Assembly (NCBI GenBank): GCA_039621445.1
Contig: CP154954.1
Coordinates: forward strand, 39,269,816-39,333,815
Origin: Euglena gracilis
Lineage: Eukaryota
Direction of reading: 5' to 3'
Length of the DNA: 64,000 bases
Shown piece after piece: positions 44,867 to 57,487 of the stretch. Made by a program: the position numbers and the translations under genes. Numbering within the stretch: the first letter of the stretch is position 1; each line of letters starts with the position of its first letter. The notes under the pieces were generated by a model. It saw only the letters and a list, made by a program, of their open reading frames with translations. It was not told where the DNA came from and did no database searches.

Positions 44867-47510
44867 ATGCTGCCTGGGCGCGGACCAGGACCAGGTCCAC
44901 CATGGCCGCAGCCTCCGGGCGCACCATACTCCCAGTACCCTGAGTATGGTGAGGTCCCGATTCCGGGTGCCCCACATGCTGAAAGGGGTCCAGCCCCGGT
45001 ATTCGCCGCGGCTACCAGCAGCCGGTCCGCATATGCGGTACCAGATCCATCAGCCGTCCAGCAGCCGGCACCCCAGCCACCAGTGCAGCGCAGATTGCGG
45101 CTGCCCCTGTATGCGGGAGAGATGATCTTCCACACTACGGAGACGTTGGAGCGGGCGATGCGTATGTGCGCACGCCCTCCAACGGAGCCCTTTATGCAAG
45201 CCCTTTGGGATGCATACTGCGCTCAGTTGTTGGTGGTAGCCAACACCCCTGTGGCTCAGTGGTGTCCCTGTGGTCAGGCCCTGATGACAGGGAGACGGTA
45301 TTTCTCGTCGGCATCCGATTCCGGATTTGAGCCTGGCGAGACCGGGATGGACCTGGGCGTGTATGTGCCGCCCATGCTGCAAACGCAGACGCCGGTGGGA
45401 TACCACACCGTGCACATGCGTGAGCACACGCCCCCACCGGTAGGTGAGGCTGTGCATGTCCCACCTGGGATGACGAGAATATTTGCTCGCCCGCCCTCGC
45501 CGCAGCGAACGCCGCTGCGCGAGCCGCCAGCGGAGCAATTTGCCTCGCAGTACGCGACGCACGCGGACTACCCACGTGGCGCACACGTACTCCCAGCCGG
45601 ACAGTTGGACGTGCCCCCTGAGGCATACGTCCAACACATGTTCACGCACCGGATGCCACAGGCATCACCGGTCGCCCCTGCCCCTGGCGTTGAGCCACGG
45701 CGGCAGGTGGAGCCCATAGTGGTGGAGGATGAACCTCTCCACCGTGCGGCAACCCGACCGCCCAGTGCACCTCCTGTCCAAACCGGGGATGTCCCGCGTC
45801 GGCAGGAGGCTCCCTACTACCACATGGCACCTCCGGGAACCGAGCAGGATGAACTTGCTCGGCATTTCCTGCAGGAGCCAGTATTCGCGTCTGAAGAGCA
45901 CCGGGCGAGGTATTATTCTTCGCTGGCTGCCCTTCAGGGCCGTGGATACACCCCATACCATCCGTACCAACCGCAGCTGCGGGTGGCAACCCCGGTATTA
46001 CCCGGTGAGCCCCCGGCAGGAGCGGCAGGATTACCTGCCACCCTGAAGCGCCATAGGGCTACGGAGGACCTTACCCCACAGCCCAGGCGACCCAGCCCAA
46101 GGGACGCGGAAGGCGGTTCGGCAATGCAGGTGGAAGCCAGCCAGGATACCCTGGCTAGACAACCACCGGCAGAGGCACAGGCAGCGATGAGCCGTCCTGC
46201 TGACGCCATGCCACCGCCGATCCCTCCGGTATGGAAGGAGCTGCGACCCCCTACGCCGAAACCAAGCCCACGCCAGGCTCCTAGCCAGCGCCCAGCCACG
46301 CCATCACCGCGACGTGCAGCGGAACGGCAAGGCCCCTCCCCAGAGAAGGAATGGGAAGGTACCGAACCGACTGCTGCCGCACCGAGCGCCCGACCCGCTG
46401 GTATTTACCAGACGGGGAAGGACAAAGGTACGGCTGAGGGCAAAGGCAAGGGAGAAGGCAAAGGCGTGGCTGGCAAAGGCAAAGGTGAGGGCAAGGGTAA
46501 GGGTACAGCCCGTGAGCAGGAGGAAGAACCAGCAGAAGTCCTCTCGGACTTTGAGCATATGCTCAGGTTCAAGGAGGAGCTGGAAGACGAAGGCTGGCGA
46601 ATGCAGCATGATTACCATGTTGCAGGAAACCGCCCCGTCACTCCTCCAGAGACAGTCATCGATGTGGTATTACACCACACCGAGAACAGAGTCAGACTAT
46701 TCCATTACGGAATAGATCTGTACGCCTTCGAAGGTGAAGGTGGCAGACCTTTTCTGGATGCCCAGCCGGGCTTTTGGAGCTATGGTTTTGGCTGGGATAC
46801 CCCTGCCAGAACTGGGGTCTCTTCAGCAACTCCACTGGTCGCAGTTATCTGCACCAGTTGGGACTGGCGTTCCGGGACCAGCAGGTGTTGGCCCGGATGC
46901 TGAAGGCCTACTTCGAATGTATCCATTCAGTAGGACCCCTCGGAGTCCAGTGGAGATACTTCCCACTGCACCCCGAAGTAGGACGCCTGATTGAGGTGTT
47001 GTGGTGGAACAACCTCCAGGTGCGGCTGGTGAGCCATTACGGCTCAACCTTCCGCGTTCAGCGCGTTTCCCTGGCTTACCCACAGAGGTATGACCTCTGT
47101 TGTAATAAATGGCAGGAGGGAATTCACTGTCGACTTCTGGGGATTCGGCGTGCGTGGAAGCCCTCCACCGCCTCGGGATAACCCGGGCCTGGAGATGGGA
47201 CGCCGCATGCTTATGCATGTGTGCCGCGACGCCCCGGATGTCCAGGGCAGAAGTCGCCGCGTCCACAAGCAGCGTATTCTTATGCTGCAGCAGTTCTGGT
47301 GGCGAGCCTGGACCACCTACGTCATGGAGGTGTATATACGTCTCCGTGACCCCCAGGACGATGGACCAGGTATGGAAAGTCTGCCACCAGACTACGGCGA
47401 CCCCGTTGAGGGACCTCGTCGTCGTCGGGTCATCGCCGACCTGCGCCCCAACTGGCACCTGGCCGGTATCGACCTGGAAGAACTTTTGCGGCGACATTTC
47501 CGGAAGGGGA
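44867..47510 (+). pseudogene. Unknown Pro/Ala-rich protein with GKGKG tract and globular C-terminal region (678 aa ORF plus two frameshifted continuations)
   Basis: ORF 44867-46903 from ATG; overlapping ORFs 46774-47181 and 47090-47551 read as ordered protein. No motif recognised. Confidence 0.5.
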
Positions 47511-47759
47511 AAAAAATGGTTAGAAATGCGCATTCTTTGTGTCTGTTTTAGAGAAGAATCAAAACACTGTTGAACAGTTTTGGTCTGTCGTCCGGCCTTT
47601 TGACAATTCATATGATCCCTCCCCCCTCCATCTTTGGAGGCAGGTGGGGGGGTGTTGGACTCCCCCTCGGCTTCCCATACATCCCTGCCGCACCCACGGT
47701 TCTTCCCCGAGAAGGTGTGGCAATGCTGTTATGCTGTCAAGAGCTCTAATTTGATTGGG
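47506..47759 (+). repeat. ~255 bp dispersed direct repeat, copy 1
   Basis: Aligns with 57231-57487, with scattered mismatches. Confidence 0.85.
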
Positions 47760-48568
47760 CGGGGTGGGAGGGGGTTGAATCCCAGCTTGCCAGCCCCATT
47801 GCTGGGTCTGCTTTTTTGCGGCGGAGGACTGACTGGTTTTTTATCTCCAAAGTGATTCTTTGTTGTTTTGCCCAGTCAGGAGTGCTTTTAGTCTTGGACC
47901 CTGAGTGTGGGGGGGTAGGGTGGGTGGTTGGGTCTGGCCAACCGCCCCCCCGGGATATATTTTTCGGCGCCGAAGGCAGGAGCCTTTTTTTTTAGGATTT
48001 TCTTTATTTTTTGGTCAATTTCATGGAAAAGTGTGTGGGGCCCATGGGGGGGACCCCCCGGTCTTAGTCCCCCCGTGTGTGAATTTCTGTTTTATTTGGA
48101 ACAGTGGAAGTGAACATGTGTGTGGGGAGGGGGGAGGGGAAATGTGTGCAAGTTTGTCGAAAATTTTTTTCCCGTTGCCAGGTGCTGAAGGCATTGGACA
48201 CTGTGGTCGAAAAATAATCTTCATGCAGGTGGGCTTTGCACAAGGTATGTCTCCAAATAAATAGATCCCGTTCCTGCAGCCATTTTCAGCCGGTCTTTGT
48301 TGTTGGTTGGCAGACAACGTTAGGAGAGAAGGGTGAGCTGGGGCTCTCTAGGGCCAGAATGATTTTCAAAAAAAGTGGCTGATTGTTCATTTTTGAAAAT
48401 CAATAGTGTTCGTCAGCGCCAGCATGGTAGCGTGCACGTGGGGGTGGGGGTGGGGGTGGGGGTGGGGGGGGGTTCGGTCGGAGCGGTGAGGGGGACCTCA
48501 CCGCGGGGCGCTGTCTAGGCCGTGATGACCGTGATCACCACGATGCCAAGCGCCCCATCCCTTTTCCA

Positions 48569-51500
48569 TCAGGTCGGTGGACCCTCAGCCGCTCGCCCAT
48601 GACGGGGTAGCGGTGCCCTCGCAGGTTGCCGCCAACAGTCCAAGGTGGACTGACGCTTTGGTGGGGGCACATCCGCCTCGGCGTCCGGAGACCGCGCCCT
48701 GGTTGACGACCTCGGCAGGGCGGGGGGCTTGGCTGACGCTGCTCGTGCCGGAGGGGCCGTCCGCCGTCTCTTCACTGGAGCCAGGTCCTCCACCGCTCGA
48801 GCCCGCCGGTGATCCGCCTCCTCCGGCGGCGCCGAGACGCGCAAATACGACAGATACTCCTTCCACCGTTGCTGGAACAGCTCGTACCAGGCAGCTGGCT
48901 CCCCGGGGGCGGGCGTCACGATCTGCACCGGCCAGCGCTGGTTGTGGCTGTCCCGCAGGCCCGGTCCCAAAGCGCCGACCACATCTCGGGGGATCATGTA
49001 ATCCCGCAGCTCGTCGTCCAGGCCCACCTGGCGACGCAGGCGTCGGGTGAAGCCCAAGACCAGCGCGGACTCCGAGCTGCCCGCGGTGGACGGGAAGGGC
49101 ATGCCCTTGTCCACCTCCCACAACAGAAGGAGCGCTTTGCTCGGCAACCCCTGCTCCACCGCCGCCGCCCGCAGGTGGGGGTGATACCGCAGCCAAGCAG
49201 CAAGGCCTGCGTCCACCTCCTCGATGGTTGCCGCTGGTCGGGGTACCGGACGGGCAGCTAGTTCGCGTTCAGCCCGCTGGCGCCATCGGTCCGCATCCCA
49301 ATGCATGCTGGGGGTGCGGTTATACAGCCACCAAACCGCCACCCAAGGAGTGCCGCTGGAGGGGGGGGCTCAGGTCCGCGGCGCCCACCAGATTGGCCAA
49401 CGCCTTGGCGAAGCCGGACAGGCGGTGAGCTGGCAAGGAGCCAGGTGTCGTGGTGTAGTGCTCCCCCACCAACTCCTCAAAGAGATCCAGAAAAACCTCC
49501 GACCGGCAGCCGCGGCTGGCAGGGAAGACCACCGTATGCTCCCGCAGCAGCACGACCAAGCGGGACTGCAGCCACCGACGGCGGAAGCTTCCACACCGTG
49601 GGGGCCCGCGGGGGGCCTGCAGGGGGCGGCGGAGCAGGGTGCTGCTGTCGCTGCCGCAGCTCCAGGGACCGCAGCTCGGGGACGCTGAGACGCAGCCCCG
49701 GGGGGAGTGCGTAGGAGGGACTGCTTGCTGCTGGCGTCGTCGACAGGTCCGCGTCGTCAGCAGGGGGTCGGTCAGAGGGCGCTGCTGCCACCACAGGGGA
49801 GGTGGCGATGAGCTCACCGCGACGGCGGAGGAGTTCAGCCGTGCGCTCAGCCAGGGCCATGTGCAGCGCCAGCATGAACCGTGCCGCATCCGCCGTTGGA
49901 AGGGCGTGGTGGTGCAGCACAGTGGAGGGGATGAGCGCCGCCAGCAGAGGGAAGCAGTGTGCCGTCAGCCAGGTCGTCGGGGGGAGCGGCACGCCGAGAT
50001 TCGAGGTGGCACAGGCCAGCGCCCACACGTCCATCAGGGCCGGGAGTGGGGGGGCAGCGCCGGTGGCCGGATAGCTCGCCAGCACGTGGGCGTCGTCCTC
50101 CGCCTCCACCCCGCAGCAGAGGCAGACAGGGGACACCACGCCGCCGATGCCGTGTCGTGCCAGACGCCCCCGAGTAGCGAGACAGCCACCACGTACACGG
50201 GCGACCCACTTGATCACCCGCGGGGCCACCTTGTGCACAAAGCCGCTGGGCTGGACCACCCGGCGGAAGATGGCGGTGGAGGAGGCCCAGTCGAAGTCCA
50301 AGCCCACAGGGAAGAGGATGTCCAGCCGGGGGCGAGGTCCCTTGGAGGACCACAGTCGCCGACAACGTCGCCACCACGCCGCCGGGAAAGAGGAGGGGAC
50401 GCTGAGCACCACCGAACCACTGCCATCCAGCAGCACAACCGGGTCGCCCGCCGGGCCCACCATCGGGACGTCCTCCGGGGGCTGGACAGACGGTGAGGTC
50501 GTCCCCGTCGCAGCCTGCTTGGCCAGGGCATCGGCAGCATCATTGCCCACCGCCTTCGGCAGTCCACGCTGGAGCCCGCGGTCGTCATGGGCCCGCACCT
50601 TCTCCAGCACCACGGGCAGGATGCACGCCTTGGCTGCTGCCAGTACCCGACGCACTTCCACTCGATCCAGGCAGCATAATCGCCGCGTCTCCGACATCGA
50701 GCCCCAGCCACGGAGGAGCTGCAGCGCGCACAGCGAGTCGGTGAGGACCTGAGATGGCTGCAAGCTCAGCGCCAGCTCCAGGGCGAGCAGTTCGCAGTGG
50801 GTGCTGCTGCGCGGGGCTGGGACGTGGAGCAGCAGGGACTCGCCATCCATTGGACGCCACACCGCGGCTCCCCCTCCTCCAGCGCAAACCGAGCCGTCCG
50901 TGAACACCGCCTGCTCATGGGGGTCGTTGATGTCGTCCGCGGTAAGCAGGGACACGCCCGTCAGTGACGGCTCCGGGAGCAACCGTGGCCAGGATGCGGA
51001 TCGGCTGCACTGCGCGTTCCGCTCGATGGACCAGCCCACCGCCGCCAGAGCAGACCGCAGCGCCAGGGAGGGCTCGCGCCACACCATGGAAGGGCAGGCC
51101 ACAGCCCGGTGGATGATGCTCGCGATGCCCTCGCCGTTCACCAGGAGGTGCAGCCAACGCAGTTGGAGCAGGCGGGCGAAGGCCATGGGGTGCAGCGGCG
51201 CGGAGTCCCCCGGCCGCCAGCCCAGCGCCACCTCCGGTGCGTTCCAAGCATTCAGCGCCAGCGGCGGCTTGGTGCACACAGCAGACTTTGCCGCAGCCAC
51301 CAGTGGGGCCAGCTGTGTGGCCGTGATGTTGCGCAGCTCACAGCCGTAGAGGGCCTTGGGCAGCACTGTCGTCCGCCACAGAACCGCGTTCAGGGCGGCG
51401 GGCAGCTGGAGGCAGCGCAATCGTTGAGCCGCGGACAGCGCCTTGTCCAGCCTGGGCAGCCAATGCGCGGAGTCCCCCACCCGGTTGGGCAGACCCAGCT

Positions 51501-54062
51501 CCACCCCGACGAAGCGGAACTCGGCCGTGGTCAGGACGGAGGAGTCGCCGATGGACACAGCCTGCCCCGGGCCCAGCGTGGACCAGACCTGGACCTTCGT
51601 GACCTTCACGCCCAGCAATGCGCACCACTCCAGGTACGCCGCGATCAGCGCCTCCACTGCCGGTTGGGATGGGGCCAGCAGCACCAGGTCGTCGGCGAAG
51701 CTGACGGATGCCACGTGGAGGCCCGCCACCTCCACCCCCAGGCGCTGAGCGGCGGCCCACCGATGGAAGGTCTCGAACAGGATGTTCAGCAAGTCGGGGC
51801 TTGCCGGGCAGCCCTGCGCGAGGCCGTCGCATGCCTGCCACGGCTCGCCGAAGACGGTGCCATAGCGGAACCGCCTGCGCACGTCCCGGTAGAACGCGGG
51901 GAATGTGGCCACCACGTCCTCCGGCACGCCCGCCTGCCACAGGACCCGGAACACAGCCCACCACGGCAAGCTGTCGTAGCACTTCGCCAGGTCGAAAGAG
52001 GCCACCCACAGCTCCGCGCGGCGGTGGCGCTGCAGGCGCATGATGTCCTGAACCACCTACGCAGCATGCAGGGTACCGCGGCCCGGGCGGAAGCCGAAGG
52101 CGGTGTCCGAGAGGTAGACGGTCTGCAGAGTTGGTGTCCACGCGGTCACGATCCCCTTTGCCCACAGCCGGTACAGGACCTCGAGGACGGTGATGGGGCG
52201 TTGGTCTTGTGGGCGCGCACCTCCGGACGCCTTGGGGATCATGGCCACGTACGCGTCCAGCCAGCAGGAGGGCCACCGCTGCTGCGCCTGCACCAGCGTC
52301 AGCAGACGCGCGACGGCCTCCGGCCACGGAGGTGGCAGCGACCTCCACACCGCGATGGGGAACCCGGCCAGACCCGGCGCAGCACCTTCCCGCATCGAAC
52401 GCAGGGCCGCAGACACCCGCGCTGCAGTCCAGGGCGAGGAGGGCCATGTGGTGACGGGAATGTAGGTGCCGAAGCGGGAGCCGATGAACGCCCTCCAGCG
52501 CTCCTCTTCATCTAGCCCCGCATGTTGCCGCAGCACCTAGTCGACCCAGAAAGCGCGCACAGCCCCATCCACAGCCGCCGCGGTGAGGCACTGCTGCCCC
52601 GAGGCGTCCAGGACAGGGCGCGAGCCCCACGGCACCCCAGGGGTCTGCAGCCACCGTTGGATCACGCCCAGGTCCTCCTTCCACAAGCGGGGCAGCACAG
52701 CCTTGAACCGCTTGCAACGCTCCGCACGATGGCGCCGCAGGAGGGCTTGCAGGTCTGGGAGTCGGGCAGAGATGGCGTTCTGCACTGCCGCTGCCAGCAC
52801 AGCCACCGGCACATCCCGCGGCAGGGCCACCCCACGGCGCTCCAGGTCGTCGAGCAGAGCCATCCAGTGGTGTGGCCAGCAGCCGGGGGACGAGGCATCC
52901 AGCAGCGCGCGGGGGCACTGCGCAGCCAGGCGGTGAAGGACATCCAGCTGGCCGCGGAGGCAGCGTACCTCCTTGGAGTCGTACGCCAAGCGCCGCTTGC
53001 GGGGCCGCACAGTCCAGCCGCCAGCCAACGACACCAGGTGCTCCAGCGCCGCACGGAGAGCAGCCGCGAGGGAGTCGAGCGACTCGCAGGTTGGGGATGG
53101 AGTGCCACGACAGCCGGGGAGAGCAGCCAGCGCTCCACGAGGTCGGACCACTACGCAAGGTCGGAGGAGGCTTCATAGAGCAGCGGCGGGGGGCGAGGGC
53201 GAGGCGGCTGCCAGTCAATGCGGCCCGCGTCGAGGGACAAAGACACCAGCACAGGGCAATGGCCGCCGTCATTGAGCCCCTCGAGGACCGAGGCCTCCCG
53301 AACCAGCCGCATCGCCGCGATGTTGGCCAGGACCAGATCGATCCGTGATGCCATTGTCGATCCACCAGAGCCGGGCTGGTGGTACGTGAAGGGCAGTGGC
53401 GCCGGCAGCAGCAGTCGATGGACATCCACCCAGGGACGACCAGGGCCAAGGAGATCGGCGAGCAGGCTGCAGGGAGGGCGGCGGCCGGAGTTGAGGAAGT
53501 CGGTTGCTGGGCTCAGGGACCCATTGAAGTCGCCCAGCAGCAGCGTGGGCACCTGCATGTCCAGGGCGAAGACCAGCGCTGCGAACTCCAGGTCGAAGGG
53601 GCGGCGCTCTGCTTGGTGTGCGAGTGGCGCGTAGACGGACAGCAAGAGCAGCCCCAGCGGCAGTCCGGGACGTGGGGCGAGACGCACTCCATGCAGTCGT
53701 CGCATCGCGTGCAGGCGACGCCATGCGGGGCAGGCCGGCATGGCAGGGAGGACGGCGATGTCCTGGCGCCAGAGGAAGCCCACGCCGCAAGACTTCCCGT
53801 GCTCGGAGCGGTTGGTCGACTGCACAGGACGCCCATGGTGCAGATGAAGACCAGCATTTGCCGCTGTCGTGTGGGCGGAGAGCAGCGGCACCTGCGCCAG
53901 GTGCGTCTCCTGCACCGCCAGCACGTCAGCCGACACCAAAGCAGCCACCATGGACACCTTCGCAGCCGTCCAGTGGCTCATGTTCCAGGTCGCGACCCGC
54001 AGCACCGAGGCCGGGACTCCTCCAGGGGGGGCAGCAGCCCCCGACAGCAAGTTCTCAGGCAT
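48569..54062 (-). pseudogene. LINE ORF2: AP endonuclease, RT, RNase H, C-terminal zinc-binding remnant; 3 in-frame TAGs and frameshifts
   Basis: VATWN, AVQETH, SVYAP, LGDFN, SRIDLV (APE); RPITVL, GFRPGR, DLAKCYD, QGCPASP, FADD (RT); FTDGS, ELLAL, TDS, KVRAH, GNDAADALAK (RNase H); CLCC...EDDAHVL. Confidence 0.92.
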
Positions 54063-54221
54063 CGCGCCGCGCCCCCTCCGAGGCAGCGCGCACTGGCTTC
54101 TTCAGCGCCGGCTTCTCCGGGGTGAGCTCGCCAGCATCCCGAGTGCGACCGCGGCTGTCCTCCTCCGGGCCCTCCATCGGCAGGGCACCTCCACAGGGCA
54201 CCACCTGTCCTCGAGGAGTTT

Positions 54222-56420
54222 TCAGGGCTGCCGCCAACGGGCCGCCACCCGCTCATCCTGGCTCAAAAGCGCCGCAGCATCCGGCCGATGAGGGACAGGG
54301 ACACCAGCAGGAGACGGGAGGGCGTACGGCTGATGCTGGAAGTGCTCGGCGTGCTCCACCGCATGCCCCCGTCGCGACGCCGCGAGCTGGGCCCGCAGGT
54401 CGGCGTTCTCCCGGCGCAGCTCCTCCAGCTGCCACTGCTGCCGCTCCATAGCCTGGCGCAGAGCCCGCATCTCTGCCAGCACAGCATCCAAGGGGGATGA
54501 AGAGGGGGAAGCCGGAGCCACGAAGGGGACGATCTCGGTGACCGACGCTTTCTTGGCCGCACGGCGAGCAGCACGACAACCTGGTGCTGGCAGTAGAGAT
54601 GCCGGACATTGGCCAGGATCCGGCGGTCGTGGCGCCCGCGACGGCTGCGACGGTGGTGACTGTCGATGGTTGGTGGCGGGGGCCTGCCGCGGAGCGGAAA
54701 TCTTCCGCGCACCACCCCAGGTCGACGAGGATGGCAGGCCAGGCGCTGCAGAGCTCTGCGAGGGAGCTGGCCGGGCAGTTGACGGAGTACGTGCAGTCGG
54801 CGGGCGTCGTTGTGGAGGACTGGCCGGAGACAACTGCGCACTGCAGGACCGCTGCCCCCAGCCACCATCGTCCAGGGAGGTCCGCGTTGGCTGCCCAGCC
54901 GCTTGGAAGAAGGCCACCCGGCGGAATGGCCCCGCAGCACCGAGACGCACTTCACCCCGGAGAGGGTCCAAGCCCACCATCGCGATGAGCTCCCGCACTC
55001 GGAAGACGTCGGCGTCCGTCAGGGGGCCCAGCCTCCACCACGACGCCCCAGGCGTGGGCTGCCGCAGGGCCGCATTGGGGTCGTTCAGCACCGCGCGGAC
55101 CTTCCCCTGGATGACCGCAGGGTCTGCCCCACCCCGCACGCTGATCCGCACCGCGAGGTCCTTCTCCGCAGGGAGAAGACCGACGACACCCGGCACGTCG
55201 TGAAGGGCGTCCCACAGCGCTGCGGCATCCGCCCTCCGGCCTCGCAGGTACAGCAGGTTGAACTGCTCCCGCTGCAAGGCTGGTGCCGTCTCCTTCGTCC
55301 AGAACGGCCGAATGAACAGGCCGCCACTGCCGCTGCCGCGCATCCACAGCAGCGCTTCCGCCCGCGGCACGACGAGGATGGCGAGGACCTAGCCACTGTG
55401 TAGGGTCTGCAGACCCTGCACGCGATGGGCCGCCCCGAACACCACGCCCACCGCGCCAGCCAGCTTGCCCAGCGCGCGCCGCAGCTCACGCTCCGCATTC
55501 CGTTGCCGCACTGTCGGTGGCAGCTGGAACTCCACCCGCAGCAGCTCCAAGCCGCTCGGCTCCGGGTCGGGGAGTGTCCCCCGCACCCAGCGGTTGGCCA
55601 CCTCCACCTCAGCCGCGGGGCGCCGCAGGTTGAGGAAGAGCAGCACTTGACTGCGGGGCAGGAACCCCGGCTCCCACTTCTCAGGCGGCAAGCACTTCAC
55701 CGTGGCGGGGATGCGCAGCACCGGCGCACGCTCAGCCAAGGCCACCACCTCCACCTGCAAGCGGGGGTCGTCGAACAGGGCGGCAGCCTCTCCAAGCTGG
55801 GGACGCAAGGCGGCCACGTCCAAGTCGGCAGGGCACCGGTGGCGATCCACGAGGACCGCCAAAGAGATCAGCGACGCTGGGTGTTCCACCTCGGCGCGCC
55901 GCCGCAGGGCCAAGACCAGCTCCCGCAGGTGAGGTCGCGGCGGGATCACCAGATGGCGGGGCTCGTCGGACCATCGCTTCGTGTCGGGGCACGCCGCGAC
56001 GTCCGCATCGGTCAGGTCGGCTCCCGAGGCGAAATCGCCTCGCACCACCCAAGCCTGGTCGGACTCGTCCAGGCTTCGGAGGTCGGCTGCCAGCTGCAGC
56101 AGCCACTCCTTCGGGATGCGAGTGTCGTACACCCGCACCGGCAGCTTGTTGTCGACAGCGGCGGGAAGCGTCCAGCCAGCCGCACGCAGCTTGCCCGCCT
56201 CCTGCAGCTTCTGCAGCTGCTGCCGGTCGAGGAGGCCGGGGCGTTGCGTCGGGGGTGGGTTGCCGTTGAGCGCGTGCTGCAGCCGGTTGCGGGCCTTGTG
56301 GCTGAGGGCCCAGGCCACCGCAGTGGGGGGCAGCACAACGCAGGTGTCGTGGTCGAACGAGGCCGGGACAGGGGTACCAAGCAGTCGGAGCGTGTCGGTG
56401 GAGTCCAATTCGGTCAGCAT
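54222..56420 (-). pseudogene. LINE ORF1 (~730 codons, one in-frame TAG at 55389-55391), C-terminal coiled coil
   Basis: ATG at 56420 about 47 nt inside the element. ORFs 55389-56420 and 54222-55370 are in the same frame. Confidence 0.75.
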
Positions 56421-57230
56421 CAGGAGGAGGGGCTCCGATCGAACCAAGCCGCTAACGCGGCTTCCAAACGTGGGGGTGGGGGTGGGGGTTGGTGGGCGGC
56501 TGTGCATGTGTTCGCATGTGTTTTTGATGGTGTCCACCACCATACATCTCCCCATTCTCAGGTGAAGAAACGGCAGATGGAGGAGGCGCATTTTGTTCCC
56601 CCACAAGAAGCAGTCACTGGACCAGACCATTGCTTAACACTTGTCCCCCCCCCAGGGTGGTGACTGACTGATTTTTTTGGGGGGGCAGAAATCACCCAAA
56701 AGTGGCTGAGTGGCCAACCCCGAAGGCGCCAGAGAAAATTTTGGCCAAGAAATGGCTTTGAAAGGCCAAAAAGTGACTGGTTTGTCTGAGTGGCCAACCT
56801 CCCCCTGGGGGGGGTAAAGTGACTGAATGGCTTGGCCGAATAAAGTGACTGACTGTTTTTTTTTGGAGTGGAAGTGACCCCCTCCCCCCCCCCAGGGGAT
56901 CGCTAAGCTATGGTATGTACTGGACCTGGGTGGCTGCAGCAGGTGGATTTCAAGCCCTGTTTTGAGAATTTCCAGATGTTTGGATGCTCCCCAACAAGGA
57001 GGTGCAGTACCCGCACCCCAGGGATGTATGGGAAGCCCTTCAATTTGGGTAGATGGTGGGTGGGGGGTCCCAACCCCCTGCCCCGCCCCAATGGGGAATG
57101 GTGGTTGGGTCCAGCCCCCTCTGGTTCCAAAAACATCGGACAGTTTTCTGCCAGCGCTGCATTTCAAAATTTGCTCCCCCCTCATTCTTTCAGGATATTG
57201 CACATTGTCAGTGCTCTGATGTTTTCCGCA

Positions 57231-57487
57231 GGGGAAAAAATGGTTAAAAGTGAACATTTTTTTGTGTTTATTTTAAAGAAGAATCAAAAAAACTGTTGTT
57301 GAACATTTTTGGTTTGTCATCCGGCCTTTTGACAGTCCATATGATCCCTCCCCCTTCCATCTTCGGAGGCAGGGGGGGGGTTTGGACTCTGCCTCGGCTT
57401 CCCATACATCCCTGCTGCACCCACGGTTCTTCCCCGAGAAGGTGTGACAATGCTGTTATGCTGTCAAGAGCTCTAATTTCATTGGGA
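57231..57487 (+). repeat. ~255 bp dispersed direct repeat, copy 2
   Basis: Aligns with 47506-47759. Confidence 0.85.

Larger units (their letters stand above)
48458..56467 (-). mobile_element. Full-length non-LTR retrotransposon (APE-RT-RNaseH LINE), ~8.0 kb, GC-rich
   Basis: 22 bp TSD ACGTGGGGGTGGGGGTGGGGGT at 48436-48457 and 56468-56489, two ORFs, sharp GC shift. Confidence 0.92.

Noticed and set aside
48569-56420. Alternative genetic code (UAG = Gln) explaining in-frame TAGs
   Set aside because: The long Gln-rich ORFs at 1223-6064 and 23534-27040 contain no in-frame TAG, which reassignment would predict
49224-56663. Long plus-strand ORFs (e.g. 51109-52515, 55425-56663)
   Set aside because: Antisense shadows of the GC-rich LINE ORFs with no motifs
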